Counted from the first letter of the stretch, positions 43,517 through 53,574 are shown. The stretch: DNA of 64,000 nt from an uncultured Terriglobales bacterium (GCA_964559345.1 CAZLIE010000001.1:11013-75012); one strand, 5' to 3'. A program made the numbers and translations. Notes: generated from the sequence alone by a model not told the origin.

Positions 43517-45676
43517 TTGCCCGATGCGAAATCACTGTGGCTGGCATCATCGCACCCTATAATTACTTCGTCCGTGCCTAAATCAATCCATGCTGCGTGC
43601 TCACTCGATTGTCCCGACTCTTGCGGCGTCCTGATCTCAGTCGATGACCTCGGACGTGCAACGCGGCTGCGCGGCGATCCCAGTCATCCAGTCACTCGCG
43701 GATTTTTGTGCGCCAAGGTCGCAAAGTATCTGGACCGCGTCTATTCACCCGATCGGGTGATGTATCCCATGCGTCGCATCGCGCCAAAAGGACGCGGCGC
43801 AACCGGCGCGCATGATGTAGCGGACATATTTGAGCGCATCTCGTGGGACGAGGCTTACGAAGAGATAGCCATCAGACTGCGCAGTATCAGCGAACAGTTT
43901 GGGCCGGAAGCGATTTTGCCGTACTCCTACGCCGGCACCACCGCGGTGCTCAGCTACGGTTCGATGGACCGCCGTTTCTTTCACCGGCTCGGCGCATCGC
44001 AACTCGACCGCACGATCTGCTCCACGGCCGGCGGCGAGGCTCTGGTTTCCGTTCTCGGAAGAAAGGTCGGCATCGACACCGAGCTGTTCGCGAAGGCGAA
44101 GTACATCATCGCCTGGGGCGCGAACGTTCACGGCAACAACGTTCATCTCTGGCCGTTTGTCGAGAAGGCCCGGCGCAACGGCGCCAAGCTGGTCGTAATC
44201 GATCCGTACAAAACGCGGACAGCGAAATGCGCCGACTGGTATCTGCCGATCAATCCCGGAACTGACGTCGCTTTGGCGATGGGAATGATGCACGTGATCG
44301 TCGCTGAAAAACTGCACGACGCCGAGTATGTCGCCAAATACACCAGCGGCTTCGATGAGCTGCGCAAGCGTCTGCACGACTATCCTCCGCATCGCGTAGC
44401 CGAGTGGACGGGCATCGCCGCCACCGACATCGTGAAGCTCGCGCGCGAGTATGCGACCGCTGCTTCCGCTGCTATCCGTGTGAATTATGGCGTGCAGCGC
44501 AGCCAGAATGGCGGATCGGCAATTCGCGCCATCACGATGCTGCCTTGCATCACCGGAGCATGGAAGCACGCCGGCGGCGGCATTCAACTTTCGACCAGCG
44601 GCGCATTCAAGCTCAACAGAGAAGCACTCGAAATGTCGGAGCTGATGATGCGCAGCCCGCTTCGGCGTGCGGCCCGCATAGTGAACATGTCGGAATTGGG
44701 CAAGGCTCTCACGACCCTCGACGATCCGCCGGTGAAGGCCGTCTTCGTTTACAACTCCAACCCGGCGGCGATTGCGCCCAACCACAATGACGTGATCCGC
44801 GGCCTCATGCGTCCGGATCTGTTTACCGTTGTTCACGAGCAATTCTTTACCGACAGCACCGATTACGCCGACATCGTTCTTCCGGCCACAACATTCTTCG
44901 AGCAGAAAGATATTCAGCAGGCTTACGGACACTACTTTCTGCAGATGTCCGACCAGGCGATTGCGTCTGTCGGTGAAGCGAAGTCGAACGTGTACATGTT
45001 CGGCGAACTCGCGCGCAGGATGGGATTCGAAGAAGCTTGCTTCAGCGACTCGGTCGATGACCTGATCGATACCGCATTGCGAAGCGACGATCCGTGGATC
45101 AAGGGCATCACGCGCGAACGTCTGGAACGCGAAGGACATGTGAGGCTGAACTTCGGAGCCGATGAATTTAGGCCATTCGCAGCCGGCGGATTTGAAACGC
45201 CAGACGGCCGCGCGCGCCTGTACAACGAAGATCTCATCAAGCTAGGACTTGATCCGGTAGCACAGTTCGTTGCGCCGGTTGAATCGCGGCATTCGGAGCG
45301 GGCTCGCAAGTATCCGCTCGAGCTGCTTGCGCGCAAGGCGGACAATTTCCTCAATTCCACATTCTGCAATTTGCCTTCACATCAGCCGCTGGAACCGAAG
45401 AGAAATAGCCTGGAGATGAGCCCACTTGACGCGGAGCTGCGCGGCATTTCCGATGGCGATGTTGTGCGCATCTTCAACGATCGCGGCGAGGTGCGCCTCA
45501 CGGCCTTCGTGGATGGGGCGGTGCGGACGGGCGTGGTCGCTGCCCGGTTGAATTGGCCTAAGCTCATGCCGGACGGCATTGGGATCAACGCGCTCACTTC
45601 AGAACGGCTCACGGACATCGGACGTGGCCCGACGTTTTACTCCTGCCTGGTCGAGGTTGAGAAAGTCGGCGACTAG
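43517..45676 (+). CDS. Molybdopterin (bis-MGD) oxidoreductase, catalytic subunit with an N-terminal Fe-S cysteine cluster
   Basis: CSLDCPDSCGVL plus a downstream C (FLCAKV). Molybdopterin-binding domains and a C-terminal molydop_binding-like beta barrel (GDVVRIFNDRGEV). No Tat signal is evident. The start is uncertain (TTG 43517 or GTG 43574). Confidence 0.85.
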   Translation: MPDAKSLWLASSHPIITSSVPKSIHAACSLDCPDSCGVLISVDDLGRATRLRGDPSHPVTRGFLCAKVAKYLDRVYSPDRVMYPMRRIAPKGRGATGAHDVADIFERISWDEAYEEIAIRLRSISEQFGPEAILPYSYAGTTAVLSYGSMDRRFFHRLGASQLDRTICSTAGGEALVSVLGRKVGIDTELFAKAKYIIAWGANVHGNNVHLWPFVEKARRNGAKLVVIDPYKTRTAKCADWYLPINPGTDVALAMGMMHVIVAEKLHDAEYVAKYTSGFDELRKRLHDYPPHRVAEWTGIAATDIVKLAREYATAASAAIRVNYGVQRSQNGGSAIRAITMLPCITGAWKHAGGGIQLSTSGAFKLNREALEMSELMMRSPLRRAARIVNMSELGKALTTLDDPPVKAVFVYNSNPAAIAPNHNDVIRGLMRPDLFTVVHEQFFTDSTDYADIVLPATTFFEQKDIQQAYGHYFLQMSDQAIASVGEAKSNVYMFGELARRMGFEEACFSDSVDDLIDTALRSDDPWIKGITRERLEREGHVRLNFGADEFRPFAAGGFETPDGRARLYNEDLIKLGLDPVAQFVAPVESRHSERARKYPLELLARKADNFLNSTFCNLPSHQPLEPKRNSLEMSPLDAELRGISDGDVVRIFNDRGEVRLTAFVDGAVRTGVVAARLNWPKLMPDGIGINALTSERLTDIGRGPTFYSCLVEVEKVGD

Positions 45677-46181
45677 ATGCCCGATCGACTTGCCCTGCGC
45701 GTACAAGTTAACTGCCCCGACAACAAATTTTTTTGGATTTCAGTGGTCGCGGGCTCTAAAGGACTTACAAGCCGAGATCCCCACGAGCTTGTTATCAGCG
45801 AAAGTTTGCTGATTAGTAACCGCTCGCCGCACCCCGCACATGCCCGTGTGGTACTGCATACCGCAAGATGGATCAATAAGGTATTTCCATAATGTAGAAC
45901 CAGGGACAAAAAAACCGTCGCTCTATGCCAAGCTATTTATCAGCACTGTACGCAGCCCCACCTTCAACCGTCCCGCATTCGTCAGAGGTTTGTGAGCTTA
46001 CTCCTGAAGAAGTTGAGAGGATTCCCACAAGAGCAACGGATGGCGAGCCTCTTGATTGAAATCCAAAGTAACCAAACACTCACTTCTCACAACTTATTGA
46101 GAGTCCTAAAATTGCTGCCAATAGGCGCAGCAACTTTCATCGAACAAGTCTCATCGTAGTTTGCTGGCCTCAAATAGGCGC

Positions 46182-46209
46182 TTGACTTGTGCTAGCTTGG
46201 GGCTAAAAT
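46182..46209 (+). promoter_or_regulatory. Candidate sigma70 promoter upstream of the 46240 gene
   Basis: TTGACT (46182-46187), a 16-nt spacer, then TAAAAT (46204-46209), about 30 nt upstream of the ATG. Confidence 0.4.
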
Positions 46210-46239
46210 CAGCCGAAAACCGGACGAGAATCCCGGAAT

Positions 46240-46446
46240 ATGAGCGTTACCCAACCCACACCTCCAGAGAAATTCCCACCCCAGAGAATCAGCATGGAAC
46301 AAGTCTGCAAACATCCTCGCGTACGGGTTGTCGCGCGCGAGGAAGACGCGGAATTTGTAGAGTGCGAGCAATGCGGAGAGGTCTTCGAGTCCAGCGAGTT
46401 TAAAGACATGGCCATCGAAGAAAAGACCCGCGCCGCCGAACTCTAA
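46240..46446 (+). CDS. Hypothetical small protein, possible zinc-ribbon-like (CxH...CxxC)
   Basis: 68 aa. CKHP...CEQCG spacing. Candidate promoter upstream. No family recognised. Confidence 0.45.
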   Translation: MSVTQPTPPEKFPPQRISMEQVCKHPRVRVVAREEDAEFVECEQCGEVFESSEFKDMAIEEKTRAAEL

Positions 46447-46517
46447 CCGCCTTCTTTTCGGCAAAATCTCTGGTCCCCGTGCAGCTTGAGGACGGGTCTG
46501 TCTATATCCAGGAGCCA

Positions 46518-49013
46518 TTACGGCGCTGTGAGGATTGTCCCGTAAGGATCGGCTACTAGCCTTTTGGTTCCTGCTGGAGCTTTCACCACGAACGGTGTTT
46601 CCGGACCATCGGCAAAAACTCGCGCCACGAAGCGCAAATCACCTTTAGTCAACTCGGCGTACACCGGAACTGAAGTGACTAACTCTTCCGGCGCATCCTT
46701 CTGCAACAGCTTGGCGGAGATGCGGAGATCCCCCGCTCGACGATTTGTGCGTTCCGTCTTGATCTCATAGCGTGGCTGCGCCGTGCCGTTTACCCAACCG
46801 TCAAAGAACCAGTCCAGCGATGGCTTGTTCTCGTAATAGAGCGACTTCGGCAATACGCGCTCGAATGCCCTTTGAAAATCCAGAGTGCTCATCTGCTTGC
46901 CGCTGAAATCATGCTGCAGACTGCGAAGCGCCGACAGGAACAGCGCATCAGTGCCCGGACTGCTCGGAGACGGCTGTCGCAACAGCTCCCGCAGCATGTG
47001 CACGAGCCATGTCCCGCGCCCGTAGGTGATGAGGTCGTACCCGTTTGGAAACAACGATGAGTTCAGGCGCTGCCCGAGAGTCACGGGCCCGGCGTCCCGG
47101 TTGGGCTTCTTGTCTGGAGACTTGTCCGCAAGTTCTGTCTGGTAGTACTTTAGGATCGTCCGAACATCTTCGGGATGTTCTTTCTCGAAGCTCAACATAG
47201 CGGAATAGTTTGCCAGGGCCTCCGAGAGCCACTGATCGCGATAGGTAGTCCAATAGACCGAATCTCCCCACCACTGATGCGCCGTTTCATGGCGAACCAT
47301 CAAGTGATCAAAGAGGACGCGCGCGAAGTCGGCGTGCACCGTTGCTGGACGTTCCGCAGGGGGGACGAAGACGTAGCTGGACAGGAAGACTAATCCCGGC
47401 CATCCCTGGCTGATTGTTCCCGGATTCTGCGTGAGTCCGAGCGAACTGTAGGGATATTGACCGATGTGTGCGCCCAGATACTCGATCGTGCTCGCGGCCT
47501 CGTCGGCGACAATCTCACCGGCCGGTTTCGGCTGAATCGGCACCGTCGTGGTCTCCAACTGGCCGAGTCTGTGCGGATTGGGAGCAGGCTGGGTGATCGT
47601 CTGTCGCGCGATCGGGAAGCTGCGCTCTACTCCGGCGGCGGCAAAGCTCTTCACAATCACGTTGCCGGCCTGAATCGTCGATTCGTGATAGTGCCCGAGG
47701 TTGAACCCAGCGACCGGGATTGGCCGTTCTGAACGCCAGCGCGATACCTGCTGATCGTTCCTGGTGTCGGAAGCGATCTGTTTGCCGGTGGCGACCAAGG
47801 TCCAGTCGGCTGGAGCAGTGAACTGCAGATCGAAGTTAGACATTTCTAGTCCAAGGTTCGGATACCAATTTCCGCGGGCGCCAACGTAGAGGAGCCCGCC
47901 GCCCGCATCGGAGAGTACCGAGCCCGAGTAGACAAATCGCAGCTTGAATTTCTGTCCAACGCGCGGAGATTGCGGCAGCACCACCGCGACCACGTCGTTG
48001 CCGTCGCGCGCGATACGCGATCCTTCCACAGCCTCGTTTTGAAGAAACTCGACCCTCGCGCCGTCCATGGTCACGGCCGAGAGCTTCAAATTGCGTGAGA
48101 GTTCAAACAAAACAGCGCGCGCGTCGGGGCGCACAACGTCCATGTCCAACTCGGCCTCGCCTTCGAGCCACTCGGGAGGCTGTACTGTGACTTTGATATC
48201 GAAATGCTTGACCCGCATCGGCGGCATCCCAGACTGCAAATCCCGATGCTCACGATGTGATCTCGACAGGAATGAGGCCCAGACGTTGTAGAAGATCGTG
48301 CCGCCAGGGGCGTATCCGATCTGCCCCATCGCGATCTGCTCGGCCGCGGATTGATCGTAAAAAATATCGAAGTTGCCGCGTTTCAGGCCGTTAACCCGGG
48401 CGTGCAGAAACGCAGTTCCCGCAGCAGCGTGGCCTGGCGAATTGATATAGCCGAGAAGGATCCGGAGAGCGTCGAGGTGCGCGAGCTGCTTCGCAACCGC
48501 ATCATTGTTCGCAGCAGTCTCAGGATTCTTGTCGGGCCGCAATCCCGGAGCAAGATCGGCGAGGAGTTTGTCGTCAAAAAATCGGAAGTAAGCCGAGGAA
48601 AACTGTTCTTCCAACACTGCTGAGCCGGTGAAGAGTCCCAGGGACGAGCGTTCGCTGCGGTCTGGCGCAATCATCAGAACCTCGCCCTCGCCGACGAAGA
48701 CCGCAGAAGTAACGTGTCCGGCGATCTCTTCGCCGAGTACCAGCCAGCCTTCACTCAGCGAGAAGTGCAGATCTTCGCGGTCGAAAGAGGCATCGCGAAC
48801 TCGGTAAGTTTGCCCAGGCTGCAGTCCGCATTCTCGTAGCTGTCGATAGAGTGCGGCAGTCGTGGACGGAGTGGGAGAAACGGAGAGTGTCTGGCTGTCC
48901 TGCGCAAACGCCTGTGGCACTGACCAAAGTACAAGGACAAACACCAGCCAACGCGCAAGTACTCGCGTTGCCTGTCTGGTTACCAACGTGACGCTCATGG
49001 ATGAGAAGCGCAT
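46518..49013 (-). CDS. Secreted M1-family (gluzincin) aminopeptidase-like metallopeptidase
   Basis: HETAHQWWGD (HExxH) followed by WLSEALANY (distal Glu). Signal peptide ...VLWSVPQAFAQ when started at the ATG at 49013. The ORF is open to 49106. Confidence 0.8.
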   Translation of the reverse strand: MRFSSMSVTLVTRQATRVLARWLVFVLVLWSVPQAFAQDSQTLSVSPTPSTTAALYRQLRECGLQPGQTYRVRDASFDREDLHFSLSEGWLVLGEEIAGHVTSAVFVGEGEVLMIAPDRSERSSLGLFTGSAVLEEQFSSAYFRFFDDKLLADLAPGLRPDKNPETAANNDAVAKQLAHLDALRILLGYINSPGHAAAGTAFLHARVNGLKRGNFDIFYDQSAAEQIAMGQIGYAPGGTIFYNVWASFLSRSHREHRDLQSGMPPMRVKHFDIKVTVQPPEWLEGEAELDMDVVRPDARAVLFELSRNLKLSAVTMDGARVEFLQNEAVEGSRIARDGNDVVAVVLPQSPRVGQKFKLRFVYSGSVLSDAGGGLLYVGARGNWYPNLGLEMSNFDLQFTAPADWTLVATGKQIASDTRNDQQVSRWRSERPIPVAGFNLGHYHESTIQAGNVIVKSFAAAGVERSFPIARQTITQPAPNPHRLGQLETTTVPIQPKPAGEIVADEAASTIEYLGAHIGQYPYSSLGLTQNPGTISQGWPGLVFLSSYVFVPPAERPATVHADFARVLFDHLMVRHETAHQWWGDSVYWTTYRDQWLSEALANYSAMLSFEKEHPEDVRTILKYYQTELADKSPDKKPNRDAGPVTLGQRLNSSLFPNGYDLITYGRGTWLVHMLRELLRQPSPSSPGTDALFLSALRSLQHDFSGKQMSTLDFQRAFERVLPKSLYYENKPSLDWFFDGWVNGTAQPRYEIKTERTNRRAGDLRISAKLLQKDAPEELVTSVPVYAELTKGDLRFVARVFADGPETPFVVKAPAGTKRLVADPYGTILTAP

Positions 49014-49047
49014 GGAAGGCTGTCTATGTGTTGGTAGAATCCGCCCA

Positions 49048-50433
49048 ATGCTGCGGCGTTTGCTCATTATTCCAGCGCTTGCCTGCGCGTCGATGGCCGA
49101 CACCATTCATCTGAAAAATGGTGGAACCATTGTTGCGGACCAGGTTCGCGACAATGGTCAGCGCGTGGAATATGACATTGGTGATAATACGTACGCCATC
49201 CCGAGGAGTTCCGTCGATCATATCGACACCGCGAACAGTAGCTCAGGTTCCAGTCACGCTTCTGTAGCTTCTCTCAGTATTGAACAACCTCATCTGCCCG
49301 GATCGCAGGTCACTAGTCTGACTCCGGAGACGATCATCACGCCGGAGCTGATGTCCAAGATAGAGAAATCCGGCAACAAAGAGAATCTTGCTTATGCGCT
49401 CCTGCTACTCGGAGTACAGGAAGAGAGGCGGGGCCAAACCGATGAGGCGCGAGCGCACATCGAACGCGCGACAGAACTCACGCCCAATGATCCCGAAGCG
49501 CTGGCGGCCTATGTATGGATCCTGCTGAAGTCGGATCGCGCGTCGGTTGCGCAATCCTATGCGGAAGATGCCGTGCGCCGGTTGCCCGGTTCCGCTCTTG
49601 CCCACAAGATGCTCGGCCTTGCGTACTACAAGAACGATCACGTTCAACTCGCGCTGCAGGAATTCACGCGAGCCAAAGAGATGAGCGATTCTGACCCTGA
49701 GCTCGACGCTTACATCAAAGCTGCGACCCGTCAGGCAAGTGCGGAAGCCGACTTTAGCACTACCGGAAGCGCCCACTTCAACATGCGCTATGAAGGTAAG
49801 AAGGCGACTCCTGAACTTCGCGAACAAATTCTGGCAACGCTGGAGCGGCACTTCGAAGACCTCGTGTCCACACTCAACGTCCTGCCGCGCGACAGTATCG
49901 TAGTTGTTCTCTACACAAACGAAACTTACTTTGACGTGACTCAGGCTCCAAGCTGGGCGGGAGCAATCAACGACGGCAAGCTGCGCATTCCGATTTCTGG
50001 CTTGACGCAAGTGACGCCGGAGCTTTCCCGCGTGCTCAAACACGAGTTGGCGCATTCCTTCATCGCGCAGGCGACCGGTGGACGCTGTCCGGTGTGGTTG
50101 AATGAGGGCATTGCGCAGATGATGGAACCGAAATCGGTATCGCCGTATATGCCATTTCTAGCGCAGTTGTTTGCAGACGGAAATCAGATACCGCTGCGAT
50201 CTCTGGAAGGAAGCTTTGTCGGGTATGGTCCTGCGCAGGCGAGTACTGCGTATATCGAATCGCTGGTCTATGTGGACTACATCCGCAGAACGTACGGCAT
50301 TTCGCGAATCACCGATCTGATGCGCGACCTCAATGAAGGACAAAGCGCCGAGGAAGCGCTTAAGTCGGTAATTCATGACGATTATGCGCAACTCGAATAC
50401 GAGTACTCTCGACAATTGCGTCCTGCAAACTAA
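49048..50433 (+). CDS. Secreted TPR-repeat protein with a C-terminal peptidase-MA-like (HExxH) domain
   Basis: Signal peptide MLRRLLIIPALACASMA. TPR-like helices in the middle. LKHELAHSF...WLNEGIAQ resembles the Peptidase_MA_2 family. The ORF is open upstream to 48862, but that part overlaps the divergent gene. Confidence 0.7.
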   Translation: MLRRLLIIPALACASMADTIHLKNGGTIVADQVRDNGQRVEYDIGDNTYAIPRSSVDHIDTANSSSGSSHASVASLSIEQPHLPGSQVTSLTPETIITPELMSKIEKSGNKENLAYALLLLGVQEERRGQTDEARAHIERATELTPNDPEALAAYVWILLKSDRASVAQSYAEDAVRRLPGSALAHKMLGLAYYKNDHVQLALQEFTRAKEMSDSDPELDAYIKAATRQASAEADFSTTGSAHFNMRYEGKKATPELREQILATLERHFEDLVSTLNVLPRDSIVVVLYTNETYFDVTQAPSWAGAINDGKLRIPISGLTQVTPELSRVLKHELAHSFIAQATGGRCPVWLNEGIAQMMEPKSVSPYMPFLAQLFADGNQIPLRSLEGSFVGYGPAQASTAYIESLVYVDYIRRTYGISRITDLMRDLNEGQSAEEALKSVIHDDYAQLEYEYSRQLRPAN

Positions 50434-50524
50434 GTTCAGTTAACGCGAACTCCCGCTGAATTGTTGATGGCGTGCTTTAACGCTTCTTGCAGTCTCGGTG
50501 TGATCATCCTTCTATACTGACCCG

Positions 50525-52150
50525 ATGGCCTGGACTCCCGAGTCCGCCGTTCGCCGGCTGTTTTCTTCCGAGGGCGGCGCGTCCGATCGTCTGATCCCAA
50601 GATGGTTGTTCTTACGTGCGCTGGGCCTCATATATTTCTCCGCCTTCTTCTCGCTCGTTTTCCAGATTCGAGGATTGATCGGGCCGCAAGGCATCCTTCC
50701 CGCCGGCGGATACCTGCAAAATGTCGCGCAGCACCTCGCGTCCAACCGGTTCTGGTACGCCCCGTCGCTGCTCTGGATCTCGAGCAGTTCGGCGACGTTG
50801 ATGACTTTGTGTTGGATCGGAATGGCAGCGTCTCTGCTGCTGGTCATCAACATCTGGCCGCGAGCGATGCTGGTGATCTGCTTTGTCTGTTTTCTCTCGT
50901 TCGTCACCGCAGCAGGAGACTTCTCCAGCTATCAATCCGACGGCATGCTCCTCGAGGCGGCTTTCATTTCGTGGTTCTTCACGCCTCCGGGTATCCCTCC
51001 GAAATTCGGCGCGATCCATCCGCCATCGCGGATGAGCTATTTCCTACTGCAGTGGGAGTGGTTTCGGATTTACTTCGAGTCAGGAATTGCCAAGCTGGCC
51101 AGCGGCGATCCGCAATGGCGACACCTCACCGCGATGGACGAGTACTACCAGAACGGCCCTCTTCCAACCTGGGTCGGGTGGTACATGCAGCATCTGCCGC
51201 ATTGGTTTCAGGCGTCCTCGGCGGCGGCCACACTTGTCATGGAATTGGTGTTGTGCTGGATGTTTCTGCTTCCCCGCCGCTGGCGCATCCTGTGTTTCTT
51301 TATCGTCACGCCATGGGAGATCATGGTCATCGCTACTGCCAATTACGCATTCCTCAACTATCTCGTCCTTTCGCTAGGCGTCCTGCTGCTGGATGACAAA
51401 TTCCTGATTCGCTTCGTTCCTGAACGCTGGCGCCGGGAACTCCAAGCCGAGAAGACCGAAAGAAGCCCGGCTGTCGATGCTCCCGATGCAGCTTGGAAGA
51501 AAGCTGCGAAGCACCATTGGGCCGCGATCAAACTCGCGTTCTCGGCAGTGATGCTGACTTGGATCTGCTATGCAACGACAGCAGAACTCATCTGGATGTT
51601 GTCGCCGCGAGTGCCGCTTCCAATCACTCCGGTCACAATGCTGGAACCGTTCCGGATTGCAAATCAGTACGGATTGTTCGCGGTGATGACTCCCGCCCGC
51701 TTTGAAATCGAATTCCAGGGTTCGAATGATTCGCGGAACTGGACGGCCTATCCCTTGCGCTATAAGCCGCAGGACCCAAGCAAGCCTCCCCGAATCTATG
51801 CGCCGTATCAACCTCGCTTCGACTGGAATCTCTGGTTCGCGTCGTTGAGTTCATGGCGCCAGAATCCACTCGTTCCCAACACCGAGATACGACTGCTGGA
51901 AAATGATAAAGATGTCCTCGCCTTATTTGCCGGAAATCCATTTCCGCAGAGTCCGCCGAAGCAGGTGCGCGCCGTCGTGTGGCAATACTGGTTCACCAGC
52001 ATGGCGGAGAAGCGCACCACGGGAATGTGGTGGAAGCGAAAATTCCTCGGCCTGTATGCGCCGGCGCTGCAACAGGGGCCCGACGGAAGAATCGAAGTAA
52101 TGGAGATGCCGGATTCGGGCACTCCCAACGAATCATCGGAGCCGAGATGA
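50525..52150 (+). CDS. Lipase maturation factor (LMF1/DUF1222) family membrane protein
   Basis: LIPRWLFLRALGLIYFSAFFSLVFQIRGLIGPQGILPA at the N-terminus, multiple TM segments, and C-terminal FEIEFQGSNDSRNWTAYPLRYKPQDPSKPPRIYAPYQPRFDWNLWFASL, which closely parallels the eukaryotic LMF C-terminal domain. Confidence 0.8.
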   Translation: MAWTPESAVRRLFSSEGGASDRLIPRWLFLRALGLIYFSAFFSLVFQIRGLIGPQGILPAGGYLQNVAQHLASNRFWYAPSLLWISSSSATLMTLCWIGMAASLLLVINIWPRAMLVICFVCFLSFVTAAGDFSSYQSDGMLLEAAFISWFFTPPGIPPKFGAIHPPSRMSYFLLQWEWFRIYFESGIAKLASGDPQWRHLTAMDEYYQNGPLPTWVGWYMQHLPHWFQASSAAATLVMELVLCWMFLLPRRWRILCFFIVTPWEIMVIATANYAFLNYLVLSLGVLLLDDKFLIRFVPERWRRELQAEKTERSPAVDAPDAAWKKAAKHHWAAIKLAFSAVMLTWICYATTAELIWMLSPRVPLPITPVTMLEPFRIANQYGLFAVMTPARFEIEFQGSNDSRNWTAYPLRYKPQDPSKPPRIYAPYQPRFDWNLWFASLSSWRQNPLVPNTEIRLLENDKDVLALFAGNPFPQSPPKQVRAVVWQYWFTSMAEKRTTGMWWKRKFLGLYAPALQQGPDGRIEVMEMPDSGTPNESSEPR

Positions 52151-53574
52151 ACCAGCGCGCGCGAGCTGCGGTAATTGGATCGGGGCCAAACGGACTATCC
52201 GCCGCAATCGTCCTTGCCCAAGCCGGACTGCAGGTTGAAGTCTTCGAAGCAGAACCCATTGCCGGCGGAGGCGCGCGGACTCTTGAGCTCACGCTGCCCG
52301 GCTTTCGTCACGACTTCGGATCGGCAATCCATCCCATGGCAGCCGGCTCGCCATTCTTCCGGTCGCTGCCGCTGGACCGCTATGGACTCGAATTCATTGC
52401 GCCACCTGCTCCGCTTGCTCATCCGCTCGGCGATGGAACCGCGGTGATGCTCGAACGCAATCTCGATGACGCTGCCTTGCATCTCGGCATCGACGGAAAC
52501 GCTTGGCGAAATCTGATGCTGCCCTACGTCGAGAGTTGGTGGGGACTCATGGACGACATACTTCGTCCGATCAAAATCATCCCGAAGCATCCGCTCAAAC
52601 TCGCGAGCTTTGGCTTGAAGGGATTTGCGCCGGCGAAATGGCTGGGCAACAGGCTCTTTCGTGACGCTAGAACCAAGGCGCTTTGGGCGGGATTGGCTGC
52701 GCATTCGTTCTTGGCGCTGGACGAAGTGCTGACTTCAGCGTTCGCCATCATCCTGGGCGCCGCCGCACACGCAGTCGGATGGCCGTTGGCGCGAGGCGGC
52801 TCGCAATCGATCAGCAACGCATTGTGCTCGCATCTGCAGACGCTCGGCGGCTCGCTTACTACGTCGCGCAGAATTGAAGATCTACGCGAGCTCGAAGGCT
52901 TCGACGTGGTGCTCTGCGACATCACTCCACTGCAGTTGTTCAAACTCGGTAACGAAAAGTTATCGTCCAGTTATAAGCGACAAATCTCCAGATATCGCTA
53001 TGGCTCCGGCGTATTCAAGGTGGATTACGCTCTCACCCAGCCAATCCCCTGGACGGCCGTCGAGTGCCTGCGCGCCGGCACTGTCCACGTCTGCGGAGGC
53101 GTCGAAGAGACCGCCGCATCAGAAGCTACGGTGCGCCGCGGCCAGCACGCGGAGCATCCATTTATTCTGCTCACCCAGCCAACGCTATTCGATCCAACCC
53201 GCGCGCCCGCAGGAAAACACATTGCATGGGCGTATTGCCACGTCCCCAACGGATCGACCTTCGACATGCTGCCCAGGCTCGAGGGCCAGATCGAGCGCTT
53301 CGCGCCAGGATTCCGAGATTGTGTCCTGCATCGAAGAGTCTCGCAACCCGCAGATCTCGAGCGCATGGACGCAAACCTCGTGGGAGGCGACATCGGAGGC
53401 GGCGCCCCAGACATCAACCAGTTCTTCTTCCGTCCAACGTTCCGGCAATACGCAACCTCAGCGCGGAATTTGTTCATCTGCTCGTCGTCCACTCCCCCAG
53501 GCGCGGGCGTCCATGGAATGTGCGGCTATAACGCCGCAAAGGCGGCCCTGGCAACACTGAACCACCTGCGTTAG
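52147..53574 (+). CDS. NAD(P)/FAD-dependent oxidoreductase, phytoene desaturase (CrtI)-like family
   Basis: AAVIGSGPNGLSAAIVLAQAGLQVEVFEA...GGG dinucleotide fold. The ATG overlaps the LMF stop (ATGA at 52147-52150). C-terminal PPGAGVHGMCG. Confidence 0.8.
   Translation: MNQRARAAVIGSGPNGLSAAIVLAQAGLQVEVFEAEPIAGGGARTLELTLPGFRHDFGSAIHPMAAGSPFFRSLPLDRYGLEFIAPPAPLAHPLGDGTAVMLERNLDDAALHLGIDGNAWRNLMLPYVESWWGLMDDILRPIKIIPKHPLKLASFGLKGFAPAKWLGNRLFRDARTKALWAGLAAHSFLALDEVLTSAFAIILGAAAHAVGWPLARGGSQSISNALCSHLQTLGGSLTTSRRIEDLRELEGFDVVLCDITPLQLFKLGNEKLSSSYKRQISRYRYGSGVFKVDYALTQPIPWTAVECLRAGTVHVCGGVEETAASEATVRRGQHAEHPFILLTQPTLFDPTRAPAGKHIAWAYCHVPNGSTFDMLPRLEGQIERFAPGFRDCVLHRRVSQPADLERMDANLVGGDIGGGAPDINQFFFRPTFRQYATSARNLFICSSSTPPGAGVHGMCGYNAAKAALATLNHLR

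Noticed and set aside
43745-45139. 464-aa ORF antisense to the molybdopterin oxidoreductase gene
   Set aside because: The product is R/G/A-rich and low-information, with no recognisable motifs. It lies entirely inside a strongly supported gene on the other strand. This is a typical long antisense ORF in GC-rich DNA.
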